From positions 53,354-117,353 of the forward strand of contig DATENA010000271.1 in assembly GCA_035275285.1 (NCBI GenBank): a stretch of DNA of 64,000 nucleotides, written 5' to 3'. The notes under the pieces were generated by a model, which did no database searches, had not been told where the DNA came from, and saw nothing but the letters and a program-made list of their open reading frames with translations. Source of the stretch: Fibrobacteria bacterium (GTDB taxonomy: Bacteria > Fibrobacterota > Fibrobacteria > UBA11236). The translations under genes were made by a program, and so were the position numbers. Every line of letters starts with the position of its first letter. Position 1 is the stretch's first letter. Below, one piece after another: positions 1-9,496 of this stretch.

Positions 1-405
1 GTGAAATATGTATTGCTCCCCGCCTTGGCGGAGATCGCCAAGAAGAACGGGATTCCCAAGGCCCTGGGAGGCACCGGCGAGCCGCTCCCCGGCGGGCTTA
101 CCCTCACGTCCGCCGAGGCCGCCATGGCCGAGGCCCTGACCGAGGGGTACAATGCCTATTTGAAGGCCAAGGCCGAAGCCAACCCGGGCCGTCTCACCCT
201 GGTGGACATCAACGCCCTGCTCAAGGACCTCACCGCCGGCGGGATTCCCGGCCTCACGTCCGCCTTCATCGTGCTGGACCCGCAGCATTCGGCCTTCAGC
301 CTGGACGGTATCCATCCCAATGCCAAGGGGCAGAAGGAAATCGCGAACGCGTTCCTCACGGCCATCAACGGCGCCCTGGGCAGGAATTATCCGAAGGTGG
401 AATGA
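1..405 (+). CDS. SGNH/GDSL-family hydrolase, C-terminal fragment (5' end lies outside the window)
   Basis: ORF 1..405 contains the GDSL block V motif DGIHPNAKGQKEIANAF (DGxHP...). The reading frame is open at the window start. Confidence 0.6.
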   Translation: MKYVLLPALAEIAKKNGIPKALGGTGEPLPGGLTLTSAEAAMAEALTEGYNAYLKAKAEANPGRLTLVDINALLKDLTAGGIPGLTSAFIVLDPQHSAFSLDGIHPNAKGQKEIANAFLTAINGALGRNYPKVE

Positions 406-825
406 AGCGGGGAGCGGAAAGCCTGGGCGAGTCCGCCCTGGGACAAGCCGGGATCCTCTCGCAGGGCCTTGAACGTCTTCGCGGCCCTCTCCTTCATCGC
501 GTGACGGGCCCGCATCTCATCATAGCATAGTCAAGTTTTCTTCTGGCCGTGTTTCAAAAGGAATTTTTCCCAAGCTTCGAGGAAACCAGGACCTGGAGAC
601 GCCTCGGAATCCACCGCGGACCGGAATATGCGCTCGGCATATTCATCCAAGGTCAGGCCTTTCCCTGTTGGAGAAGAACCCGATCACCAGGGCGAAATTT
701 CCCCGCCTGGACGAAGACACCATGCTGTCCCTGGAAACTGAACGCGTGCCGGTGAACGATACCCCAAGGGCAACAGGCTGGGTCGATGGCTCCGGAAGCA
801 GAGGATCAAGCATACCCGGGGCACC

Positions 826-1554
826 TTGAAGAAGCCGTTCCAATCCAGGCTCCGGTCCATCGGGTTCCCCTTGAAACCCATCACTCGCCATCATGTCCTG
901 TGGCGGCAGCGGTTCCTGGCCTTGAAGGAATACCGGGAAAAGCATCCGGACCGGTGGCCGATCACCGGTGTTCTGGGCCGATGGTGCTTCTCCCAACGCA
1001 ACAGGCGCGTGACCGGCCGCTTGAACCGCCACCGGACCGGGTTGCTCAACAAGCTGGATTTCGACTGGAATACCAAGGAGACGCAATGGTTCCGACGCTG
1101 TGACCAATTGGCCGACTACATGCTCCGTCATGGGGGCGGCCTGCCCAGGGCGAGCAGCCCGGTTGAATCCGAGAGATTCTTGTCGAGTTGGTTGATACCT
1201 GGTGGAGAAGAACCAGCCCGCGCTTGCGATCCCGCGGTCCGGCCGCGAGGGTTATCCGGCCGGCTCCGCCGCTCCGCTAGGGGCCGGGGGACAAGGGGAT
1301 CACGCGGTGGTACGGGGCGAAGGCCCCGTTGCCAGAACTCACCGTCACCGACAGCATGCGCACCCCCTTGGGCAGCTTCCAGACCGTGCGCCCCGCGGGT
1401 GCGGCTTCGCCGTCTGCGGGCATGCCCACGGTGCGCCCCAGCGGATCGAGCCCGCGCAGGGTCACCAGGCCGGGTCCGGGCAGGTCGAGGGACAGGCGAT
1501 CGCCGGCGATGGCGTAGCCGGCCACCGAGCCGCGGGCCGCGACGGTTCCCGTGA
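826..1554 (+). pseudogene. Helicase-associated (HA) domain remnant; one complete repeat and one truncated repeat, probably a decayed gene
   Basis: WRQRFLALKEYREKHPDRWPITGVLGRWCFSQRNRRVTGRLNRHRTGLLNKLDFDWN fits the HA-domain pattern W..F..L..Y...HG...LG.W...QR...G.L...R...L..LGFxW. A second repeat (WFRRCDQLADYMLRHGG) is truncated. The frame then overlaps the convergent M64 peptidase gene, and the 400 bp upstream has no clean start or partner domain. Confidence 0.3.
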
Positions 1555-2689
1555 TCGGCGCCACATGGATCGTCCAAGCCACCGTATCGGCCAGGAGACC
1601 CTTGTTCTTCCGCACCTCCGGGGTCGTGTCGCGCACCAGGGCCGCGAGCTTGTGGTCCCCGGCGGCGAGATCCCCCAGGGTGAGGCGCCCGGGCGTAGCC
1701 GAGACCACGGCCTTTCCGTCCAGGAACCAATCCACGGCGATCGTGGCCACCGCCAGCGGCTTCACCCTGAACTCGCGGCGTTCCAGGGTCTGCATCGTCA
1801 CCGCGCCCGCCGGCGGGAAGGCCGAATCCACGGGGCGCACCCGCTGGTAGGCCTGCAGGATCATCTCCTCGCCGCAGACGCGGCAGAACTGCACCAGCTT
1901 GCCCTGATCGTAGCCCGTGTAGCTGTGCATGATGCAATCGGCCTGGGGGCGGTAGCAGCCATGCGACATGTAGCCGGCGCCTTCGAAGAGCCCCGTCACG
2001 CCCGCGGTGCCCGCCGGCGTGGGGATGGCCGTGGCGGCCAGCACCCACCGGTTCCATTTCAGGGCCTCGCGCCGCGTCTCGGCGGTGGTGTTGGGCGTCT
2101 CGGGGCAGACCTTGGTGCGACCGTCCTCGACGTACTCGTCCTCCAGATCGCCGAGGCTGTGCCCGAGTTCGTGCTTCACCACGTGGATGTAATCGCCCTC
2201 GGGCATGTAGATCGGTTCGCCGCCCGTCGCGCGCAGGCCGCCTTGATCGTTGAAGACCATGATCAGCGTGGTGTATTCAGGAAGGTACTTGGCCGCGGTC
2301 TTGAGCGCTTGCGAGCGGTTGCAGTTCCCCGTGGTCCAATCGCCCTCGAAGCTGCATCCGTAATAGGTATCGCGCGTGACCTTGCCCGGATGCGTCACCC
2401 CGCTCTGATTCGACGGCGTGCGGACGGCGAAGGCGTTGAACATGGACTTGTGGTCGATATAGAAGCGCGTCGGGTTCTTGGCCTCGAGGAAGAGGGAATC
2501 GAAGGCGGCCTTCGCCCAGTCCGAAAAGCGATCGAGCTCCTTGGGGGTGTAGCCGTCCCCCAGGAACACCAGGTTGATGCGGTTGGCGGTAGGGCCGTTC
2601 CAGGTCAGGGTATCGACCGTGACGGTCTGGGCCCGCAGGCCCGCGGCCAGGGAGAGGCAGGCGGAAAAGGCGGCGAGGCGGAGGCGCAT
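1277..2689 (-). CDS. Secreted zinc metallopeptidase, M64 (IgA-peptidase-like) family
   Basis: N-terminal signal peptide (MRLRLAAFSACLSLAAGLRAQ) and an HExxH zinc site (VVKHELGHSLGDLEDEY). 470 aa. Start codon at 2687-2689. Confidence 0.75.
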   Translation of the reverse strand: MRLRLAAFSACLSLAAGLRAQTVTVDTLTWNGPTANRINLVFLGDGYTPKELDRFSDWAKAAFDSLFLEAKNPTRFYIDHKSMFNAFAVRTPSNQSGVTHPGKVTRDTYYGCSFEGDWTTGNCNRSQALKTAAKYLPEYTTLIMVFNDQGGLRATGGEPIYMPEGDYIHVVKHELGHSLGDLEDEYVEDGRTKVCPETPNTTAETRREALKWNRWVLAATAIPTPAGTAGVTGLFEGAGYMSHGCYRPQADCIMHSYTGYDQGKLVQFCRVCGEEMILQAYQRVRPVDSAFPPAGAVTMQTLERREFRVKPLAVATIAVDWFLDGKAVVSATPGRLTLGDLAAGDHKLAALVRDTTPEVRKNKGLLADTVAWTIHVAPITGTVAARGSVAGYAIAGDRLSLDLPGPGLVTLRGLDPLGRTVGMPADGEAAPAGRTVWKLPKGVRMLSVTVSSGNGAFAPYHRVIPLSPGP

Positions 2690-2690
2690 G

Positions 2691-3158
2691 TCAGGGTCCC
2701 TCGGCGGCGGGAAGCTCGACCGAAAGGATGGGGACGGCGGCCACCTTGGCTCGGGGCGCGGGACCGGACACCGCGGGTCCGGCGGGGCGCGGCCGCAGGA
2801 AATCGGCGCGTAGGAAACCGGGACGGTACGGGATGCGCACCACCGCCAGGGAATCCTCCGCCTCGGGCCCGCCGTTCACGGCGTGGCGCGTGCGCGCGAA
2901 AGGATCGGCCAAGGCCCCGCTCCAAACCACGGTGCCCGCGGCGTTATGGACCGAGCAATCCCAGCGGCGCTCGGGGCGGATCTTGGCCGGGTCCCGCAGC
3001 ATCGGCGCGCGCCCGGGCACCACCGTCACGTCCAAGACGGCGAGGCTATCGCCCCGCTTCACCACCTGGATGAAGGCCATACGCTCGCCCGCGGAGACCT
3101 TCGCCGCAACGAGCAGGCAAAATGCAACGCACACGGCGCGCGCAGCCGCGATGATCAT
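2691..3158 (-). CDS. Hypothetical secreted protein, translationally coupled upstream of the M64 peptidase
   Basis: The ORF track extends to 3278, but the first ATG is followed by a signal-peptide-like segment (MIIAAARAVCVAFCLLVAAKVSA). Its stop codon (2691-2693) lies 1 nt from the peptidase start (2687-2689). Confidence 0.5.
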   Translation of the reverse strand: MIIAAARAVCVAFCLLVAAKVSAGERMAFIQVVKRGDSLAVLDVTVVPGRAPMLRDPAKIRPERRWDCSVHNAAGTVVWSGALADPFARTRHAVNGGPEAEDSLAVVRIPYRPGFLRADFLRPRPAGPAVSGPAPRAKVAAVPILSVELPAAEGP

Positions 3159-3357
3159 GCCGGAATCTCCCGTCCCCCCGGACCACGCCGCGCGTCCTGC
3201 GCGGGGCCCATGGGGTTCCCTCAAGTTAGGGCCGGACGCGGAAACGGCTTTGCGGGATTCGATTGGGTTTTTAACCATTCCGATTATATCGGCTGTTCCA
3301 ATACAGCGAAATCCTTTGAAGATCGCAAAAAAAAGCCCCCCATTTCTGGGAGGCTTT

Positions 3358-3433
3358 TGGAGCGGGTTAAGAGACTCGAACCCTCGACCTTCTCCTTGGC
3401 AAGGAGATGCTCTACCAACTGAGCTAAACCCGC
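3358..3433 (-). tRNA. tRNA-Gly (anticodon GCC)
   Basis: The reverse complement reads GCGGGTTTAGCTCAGTTGGTAGAGCATCTCCTTGCCAAGGAGAAGGTCGAGGGTTCGAGTCTCTTAACCCGCTCCA (76 nt, CCA encoded). Anticodon loop is TTGCCAA, and the T-arm is GGTTCGAGTCT. Confidence 0.9.
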
Positions 3434-3516
3434 ATGTCTCCTGGGCTTACGTCCGCCCTTGGTGAGGCGGAAATTCCCTGAAGAGCGTAATAGTTTAGAA
3501 AAAGGCGCCCGGGGCG

Positions 3517-5514
3517 TCAAGACAACCCCAGCATCTTCTTCAAATCTTCCTCGGAAATGACCTTCACCCCCAGCTTGTTGGCCTTTTCCAGCTTGGAGCC
3601 GGCCGCTTCCCCCGCCAATAGGAAGGAGGTTTTCTTGCTCACCGAGTCCGTGGTTTTGCCCCCGGCCTTCTCGATGAGCTCCTTGGCCTCGTCCCGGGAC
3701 CAGGTGGGCAGGGTCCCCGTGAGAACGAAGGTTTTGCCGGCCAATTCCTCCGAGCCTTCCGCGCCCTTGTATTCCAGGCTGACCCCCGCCTCGGCCAGGC
3801 GATCGATGAGGGCCTCCGTAACGGGGTTGCGGAAGAATTTGAAGATGCTTTCGGCCATGCGATCGCCGATTTCGTGGATGGCCAGCAGATCCTCCAGGGA
3901 GGCCGCGCGCAAGGCGTCCAGGGTCTTGAAACGGCGGGCCAGCAGGGTGGAGCTGGTCTTGCCGATGAAGCGGATGCCGAAGCCGTGGATCAGCCGGTCC
4001 AGGCCCCGGGTCTTGCTTTCCTGGATGGAATCGATCACGTTGGCGGCGGACTTCTCGGCCATGCGCTCCAGGTTCTCCAATTGATCCCGCTTCAGGAAAT
4101 ACAGATCGGCCACGGACTTGATCAGGCCGTCCTTGAGCAGGGTCTCCACCAGGGCCGGGCCGATATGCTCGATGTTCATGGCGGGACGGGCCGCGAAATG
4201 CAGGATGGAGCGGGTGACCTGGGCCGGGCATTGCAGGTTGTCGCAGCGGAGCGCCACCTCGTCTTCTCCCCTGGAGAGATCGAAGCCGCACACCGGGCAT
4301 TGCGCGGGCGGCTCGATGGCCTCGGCGTCGCGGGGACGCTTGGCTTCCACGACGGAAACCACCTTGGGGATGATCTCCCCGCCTTTTTCCACGATCACGT
4401 GGTCCTTGATCCTGAGGCCGAGCCGGCCGATTTCGTCGAAGTTGTGCAGGGTGGCGCGCTTGACCAGGGTGCCGCCCAGCAAGATGGGCTTGAGATGGGC
4501 CACCGGGGTAACCGCGCCGGTACGTCCCACCTGGTAGTTCACGGATTCCAGCACCGTTTCCGCCGCCTCCGTCTTGTACTTGTAGGCGATGACCCATTTG
4601 GGGCTCTTGGAGGTCCTGCCCAGCAGGATCTGCTGGCGCAGATCGTCGACCTTCACCACGACGCCGTCGATATTGTAAGGGATATCGTCGCGGATCCGCA
4701 GCCACTCGGCGCAGACCGCCATGATGCCGGCCACGTCCCTGGCCTTGGCCCGCTTGTCGTTGACGGGGAAGCCGGCCTTGGCCAGGGCGTCCAGGTTGCC
4801 CCAATGGGTGCCTTCCGGCTTGTCCACCAGGATGGCATAGGCGTAGAAATCCAGCTTGCGCAGGGCGCTTTCCTCCGGGTCCTTGAGCTTGAGGCTGCCG
4901 GCGGCGGTATTGCGGGGATTCTGCTGTTCCTTGCCGTAGGTCAGCAGGGAATATTCGTTGAAGGTCTTGAAGTTCCGCCGCGTCATGTAGATTTCCCCGC
5001 GCACTTCCACGCGCCCTTTGGGAAAGGAGGCCGGCAGTCTCACGGGGATGCTCTCGATGTTGCGGACGTTCCGGGTGACTTCGTCGCCCACGGTGCCGTC
5101 CCCGCGGGTGACCGCGAAGGCGAGCTCCCGGTCCTCGTAGACCAGGCTCATCGCCACGCCGTCGATTTTGAGTTCCACCACGTATTCCAGGTCGGCGGGA
5201 TCGATCTTTTCGGTGACCTGCCGGTGCCAATCCGCCAGTTCCCCTTCCGAATAGGTGTTCTGGATGCTGAGCATGGGGTATTTATGCTCGATCTTCCGGA
5301 AGCCCGGAGTCAGATCGCTGCCCACGGAAACGGTGGGCGAAGCTTCCGCGGCGAATTCGGGATGCTCGGCCTCCAGGGCGGCGAGCTCCTTCAGCTTGAG
5401 ATCGTAGTCCTCGTCGGACATGGGGGAACGGCCCAGCCGGTAATACTTGTCGTCGGCATCGGCGAGGACGGCCCGGAGTTCCCGGATTTTTTTCTGGACA
5501 TCCTTTTTGGTCAT
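3517..5514 (-). CDS. ligA: NAD-dependent DNA ligase LigA
   Basis: 665 aa with the hallmark LigA architecture: adenylation KxDG (ELKIDGVAMS), OB fold, a Zn finger (CPVCGFDL...C), HhH motifs and a C-terminal BRCT (GKTFVLTGTL). Confidence 0.95.
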   Translation of the reverse strand: MTKKDVQKKIRELRAVLADADDKYYRLGRSPMSDEDYDLKLKELAALEAEHPEFAAEASPTVSVGSDLTPGFRKIEHKYPMLSIQNTYSEGELADWHRQVTEKIDPADLEYVVELKIDGVAMSLVYEDRELAFAVTRGDGTVGDEVTRNVRNIESIPVRLPASFPKGRVEVRGEIYMTRRNFKTFNEYSLLTYGKEQQNPRNTAAGSLKLKDPEESALRKLDFYAYAILVDKPEGTHWGNLDALAKAGFPVNDKRAKARDVAGIMAVCAEWLRIRDDIPYNIDGVVVKVDDLRQQILLGRTSKSPKWVIAYKYKTEAAETVLESVNYQVGRTGAVTPVAHLKPILLGGTLVKRATLHNFDEIGRLGLRIKDHVIVEKGGEIIPKVVSVVEAKRPRDAEAIEPPAQCPVCGFDLSRGEDEVALRCDNLQCPAQVTRSILHFAARPAMNIEHIGPALVETLLKDGLIKSVADLYFLKRDQLENLERMAEKSAANVIDSIQESKTRGLDRLIHGFGIRFIGKTSSTLLARRFKTLDALRAASLEDLLAIHEIGDRMAESIFKFFRNPVTEALIDRLAEAGVSLEYKGAEGSEELAGKTFVLTGTLPTWSRDEAKELIEKAGGKTTDSVSKKTSFLLAGEAAGSKLEKANKLGVKVISEEDLKKMLGLS

Positions 5515-5651
5515 GCGGGGGCCTGGATTTTATGTGGCAAGGAAACGGCTTCAGCCGGGGAATCGATGCGAAAATAGCAATAATTACTATTTTGGAGACA
5601 TCCCGGAGGCCCGGCCTCCGATGCTTTCGGAAGCGAAGAGGACGGACCACG

Positions 5652-6530
5652 ATGACGCTACTGGACCTGGTCGGCAACACTCCCATGGCGGAGCTCAAGC
5701 GAATCAATCCCAATCCCGGCGTGAAGCTTTTCGCCAAGCTGGAAGGGAACAATCCCGGCGGATCCGTAAAGGACCGTCCCGCGCGCTCCATGATCCTCAA
5801 GGCCATGCAGCGGGGCACGCTCAAGCCGGGCATGAAGCTCATCGAGCCCACCAGCGGCAATACCGGCATCGCCCTGGCCATGATCGCGGCGGTGTCGGGC
5901 TTCGAAATGCACCTGGTGATGCCGGAAAGCGCCACCGCGGAACGCGTCAAGACCATGCGGGCCTACGGCGCCGTCGTGCACCTGACCCCTGCGGAAAAGG
6001 GCATGGAAGGCACCATCGACTACGCCCGCGCCAAGGTGGCCCAAGGCGGCTTCGTCATGCTCGATCAGTTCTCCAACCCGGACAACCCCGCCGCCCATTA
6101 CGAGACCACGGGCCCGGAGATCTGGAAGGACACGGAAGGGCGCGTTTCCCATTTCGTCTCCAGCATGGGCACCACCGGCACCATCATGGGCGTGTCCCGC
6201 TATCTCAAGGAGAAGAATCCCGGCGTGCGCATCATCGGAGCCCAGCCCACCGATGGCTCCTGCATCCCCGGCATCCGCCGCTGGCCGGAGGAATACCTGC
6301 CGAAAATCTACGACAAGAGCCGCGTGGACGAGATCCTGGACGTGAGCCAGGCCAATGCGGAATTCTGGACGCGCGAACTGTCCCACAAAGAGGGCGTATT
6401 CGCGGGGATTTCCTCCGGGGGCACCCTCTATTGCGCCATCGAGATCGCCAAGCGCATCAAGTCCGGGGTGATCGTCGCCATCGTCTGCGACCGCGGCGAT
6501 CGCTACCTTTCGGGGAACGTTTTCGCCTGA
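5652..6530 (+). CDS. cysK: Cysteine synthase (O-acetylserine sulfhydrylase), PLP-dependent CysK/CysM family
   Basis: VGNTPM near the N-terminus, the PLP-lysine region SVKDRPA, and a glycine-rich loop GTTGTIMG. The ATG at 5652 sits inside a longer ORF-track frame. Divergent from ligA. Confidence 0.85.
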   Translation: MTLLDLVGNTPMAELKRINPNPGVKLFAKLEGNNPGGSVKDRPARSMILKAMQRGTLKPGMKLIEPTSGNTGIALAMIAAVSGFEMHLVMPESATAERVKTMRAYGAVVHLTPAEKGMEGTIDYARAKVAQGGFVMLDQFSNPDNPAAHYETTGPEIWKDTEGRVSHFVSSMGTTGTIMGVSRYLKEKNPGVRIIGAQPTDGSCIPGIRRWPEEYLPKIYDKSRVDEILDVSQANAEFWTRELSHKEGVFAGISSGGTLYCAIEIAKRIKSGVIVAIVCDRGDRYLSGNVFA

Positions 6531-6543
6531 GACCGGGCGCCGT

Positions 6544-7218
6544 TCACAGGTGCTCGTCGGGGGCGGTGTCGTAACCCGGCGGCGCCTCCCGCGGCGGTTC
6601 GCCCCCGCCGGGACCGGGCGGATCCGCGTCCGGGGCGTTGATGCCTCCGTCTTCCAGATGCCTTCCCGGCCACGTGAAGAAGCGCTGCATGAGCATTTCC
6701 TTGTACTTGGCCACCTGTTCGACCATGTTGACGTGCACGGTTTCCTTCACGGCCTGCGGCACCACCACGTCGCCCGCCCAGGTATGCAGATAGGCGTCGG
6801 CCACCAGGAGGAACCGGGCGTCGGTTTGCGACCAGATCCCCGGCGGGAGCCGCGCGAACAGGGTATTGGGAAGGTCGAGGCTGGTGCGCACCAGCGCCGA
6901 GTCCTTGGCGGGTACGATCTTCCGCTCCGGGTTCCATCCGGAAAGCAGGGTGTCCGCCTGGTAGAGCAGGGCGTAGCGCATGCGCGTGAGGGTGACATCG
7001 CGGCCGTTGGGATTGGAAACGGCCACGTCCACCTGCCAATGCGTCCGGCCCGCGTCCATGCCCGTGAAGGTGAAGGTCTGGAAGCGGTACTGGCAGGATT
7101 TCAGCCCCTTGCCCGGGCGCGGGGAGCAGCCGCTGGACAGGAAGAGGGCGAGACCGGTGAGAAGGGTCGCAGCGGAAAGGGCGGTCCGGCGGGGGAATCG
7201 GTTGACTTTGGGACTCAT
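6544..7218 (-). CDS. Lipoprotein of unknown function
   Basis: Internal ATG at 7218 gives MSPKVNRFPRRTALSAATLLTGLALFLSSGC, a signal peptide with a lipobox (LSSGC). The C-terminus is proline/glycine-rich. Confidence 0.55.
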   Translation of the reverse strand: MSPKVNRFPRRTALSAATLLTGLALFLSSGCSPRPGKGLKSCQYRFQTFTFTGMDAGRTHWQVDVAVSNPNGRDVTLTRMRYALLYQADTLLSGWNPERKIVPAKDSALVRTSLDLPNTLFARLPPGIWSQTDARFLLVADAYLHTWAGDVVVPQAVKETVHVNMVEQVAKYKEMLMQRFFTWPGRHLEDGGINAPDADPPGPGGGEPPREAPPGYDTAPDEHL

Positions 7219-7265
7219 GGCGAATAACATACTCAAATAAACGATCCACCAGATAGCGAGCCGCA

Positions 7266-8561
7266 TTGCCTTCCCGCGAATTCTATCTCAACGCCGATTT
7301 CGACCTCAGCCTGCGCGGCCGTCCTTCCCTGCTGGAAACCTCCGATCCCACCTTCGTGCATGAAATGGCCTGGCATTTCCTGTTCGCGGGGGGGAGCGGG
7401 GATAGTTTGATCGTCCACCGGCCGCTCCCGGAGGATTTCCTGGAATATCTCCGCGGAAAAGGCCTGGGCCGGGACCTGCCGCGCCTGACGGTGCATCCGG
7501 GGTTCGACCCGGAGTCGGAGTTCACGCCTTTCGGGTGGAACGCCCATGCGGAAAGCCTGGCGCAGCGGTATTCCCGGCCGCCCGCCCACCCGGAGCCGCC
7601 GGCCGTGAAGACCGCGAACTCCCGGGCCTTCGGCTTGGAGCTGGAGCGGGAATGGGGGCGGATTAAAGGCCTGCACCGTCCCGGAGGACCGGAAGGCCGG
7701 GGCGATGGGGAAGGGTCACCGGAGGGCTACGGTAGCCTGTTTGCTTCCCTGGAAGGCCTGGAAAGCTTCCTGCGCGGCCGGACGGAACCGGGAGGCTGGG
7801 TGGTGAAGGGCGATCATGGCCATGCCGGCACCGCCAACCGGCGGGTGCCTTCCGGCATGCTCCCCGAAGAGAGCCGCAAGGCCTTGGCCGATCTGCTGGC
7901 CGGGCATGGGCGCGTGGTTGCGGAACCCTGGGATGAACGGCTGATGGACCTTTCCGTCAACTTCACGGTGGAAAAAGGCGGCTCCCTGCGGGATTTCCGC
8001 GGGCATGAATTGCTGAATTCGCGGGACGGGGCCTTTCTGGGGGTGAAGATCCATCCCTCCCGGCTGCCGCCGGATCCCTGGAGGGAGGAATTGTCCGCCT
8101 CCGCCGCCTTTGCGGCCATGACCCTGGACGCCCTGGGCTATTCCGGTCCCGTCAGCGTGGACGCCTACGTCCGCGCTACTCTCCAGGGCCCGCGTTTGCG
8201 CCCCTTGGTGGACGTGAACGCCCGCCATTCCATGGCCTTGCCCGCCCATGGCCTGGCCCGGCGCCTGCCGGGAAAGAGCCTGCTGTGGATGTGGGCCAAA
8301 CCCCGGAAGCTGGACCTCCCCGCGGACTATGCAGGCCTGGACGCACGCCTGGGCCCCCTGGCCTTCCAGGCCGCCACGGGCCTCGGCATCCTGGCGGCAT
8401 CACCCTTGCGCGCGTCGGACCGCTCGCAGGAGGGGACGGGGGCGGGACGGCGGCCCGACGCCGCCAGGCCGAAACGGGTGGGGTTCCTGTTCAGCGCCGC
8501 GGATGAAGGCGATCTGCGACGCCTGCAGGCGGGATTCGCCCAAGCCCTGGGGCGCGGCTGA
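7266..8561 (+). CDS. Hypothetical ATP-grasp-like enzyme, translationally coupled to miaA
   Basis: ATP-grasp-like motifs GWVVKGDHGHAGTANRRV, SVDAYV and LVDVNARHS. The start is ambiguous (TTG at 7266 or ATG at 7365). Its stop overlaps the miaA start in an ATGA at 8561. Confidence 0.5.
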   Translation: MPSREFYLNADFDLSLRGRPSLLETSDPTFVHEMAWHFLFAGGSGDSLIVHRPLPEDFLEYLRGKGLGRDLPRLTVHPGFDPESEFTPFGWNAHAESLAQRYSRPPAHPEPPAVKTANSRAFGLELEREWGRIKGLHRPGGPEGRGDGEGSPEGYGSLFASLEGLESFLRGRTEPGGWVVKGDHGHAGTANRRVPSGMLPEESRKALADLLAGHGRVVAEPWDERLMDLSVNFTVEKGGSLRDFRGHELLNSRDGAFLGVKIHPSRLPPDPWREELSASAAFAAMTLDALGYSGPVSVDAYVRATLQGPRLRPLVDVNARHSMALPAHGLARRLPGKSLLWMWAKPRKLDLPADYAGLDARLGPLAFQAATGLGILAASPLRASDRSQEGTGAGRRPDAARPKRVGFLFSAADEGDLRRLQAGFAQALGRG

Positions 8562-9496
8562 TGCATTTGCTGGTCCTGTGCGGACCCACCGCCACCGGCA
8601 AGACGGCCCTGGCCGCGGACCTGGCCCATCGCCTGGGGACGGAACTGATCTCCGCCGATTCCCGCCAGGTCTACCGGGGCCTGGATCTGGGCACCGGCAA
8701 GGATTTGGGGGAATACCGGAAGCACGCCCCTCCGGTGCGGTATCATCTGATCGATATCGTGGACCCGGAAGCGGGCTACAGCCTTTTCCAATACCAGCGG
8801 GATTGCTACCGGGTGATGGACCTGCGGGCGGGGGAGGGAGGCCCCGCCTCCCGGGTCATGGTCCTGGCGGGCGGCACGGGCATGTACATCGAAGCGGTGC
8901 TGAGACGGTACCGCATCGCCAACGTGCCGGAGAATCCCGCCTTGCGGGAAAGCCTGGCCGGCCGCTCCCGGGAGGAGCTGGAGGCCGAATTGAAACGCAA
9001 GGACGCGGCCCTGGCCGCGCGCTCGGACCTCAGCAGCGGCAAGCGCATCATCCGCGCCCTGGAGGTGTGGCAGGCGGGCCAGGCGCGCGCCGTGGAATAC
9101 AGCCGGCCGCCGGAGCGGGACTTTTCCTTCACCGTGTTCGGCACCCGCATGGACCGGGCCGCATTGCGGGCCCGCATCGATGCGCGCCTGGAGGCGCGGC
9201 TGGAGGCAGGGATGGTGGAAGAAGTGGCCGGCCTGCTCGCGCGGGGCGTGAGCCGGGAACGCATGCAGGTCCTGGGGATGGAATACCGGGAAATCACCCG
9301 TTACCTGACCGGCGAATGCACCCGGGAGGAGATGGCCGCGACCCTGCGCCATGAAATCCACATGCTGGCCAAGCGGCAGGAAACCTATTTCCGCGGGATG
9401 GAACGGCGCGGCGTTCCCATCACGTGGCTGGACCCGGAGCAAGGCGCGGACGCCCTGCTGCGATCCTGGGACGAGCGGAAAGCGTCCCATGGATGA
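8561..9496 (+). CDS. miaA: tRNA dimethylallyltransferase MiaA
   Basis: P-loop GPTATGKT at the N-terminus, ISADSRQVYRGLDLGTGK, 311 aa. Typical MiaA length and motifs. Confidence 0.9.
   Translation: MHLLVLCGPTATGKTALAADLAHRLGTELISADSRQVYRGLDLGTGKDLGEYRKHAPPVRYHLIDIVDPEAGYSLFQYQRDCYRVMDLRAGEGGPASRVMVLAGGTGMYIEAVLRRYRIANVPENPALRESLAGRSREELEAELKRKDAALAARSDLSSGKRIIRALEVWQAGQARAVEYSRPPERDFSFTVFGTRMDRAALRARIDARLEARLEAGMVEEVAGLLARGVSRERMQVLGMEYREITRYLTGECTREEMAATLRHEIHMLAKRQETYFRGMERRGVPITWLDPEQGADALLRSWDERKASHG

Noticed and set aside
549-755. 68-aa ORF in the low-coding region at the window start
   Set aside because: No start context or motifs. It is probably part of the decayed HA-domain locus rather than a gene.
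1202-3073. 623-aa + strand ORF overlapping the M64 peptidase and the upstream hypothetical
   Set aside because: Antisense to two well-supported genes. The translation is low-complexity Arg/Gly/Ala-rich with no motifs, the typical GC-driven spurious pattern.
3284-5230. 648-aa ORF antisense to ligA
   Set aside because: It lies entirely inside the ligA gene on the same (minus) strand in another frame, and ligA is confidently assigned. Its composition is the Arg/Gly/Pro-rich pattern of an off-frame high-GC read-through.
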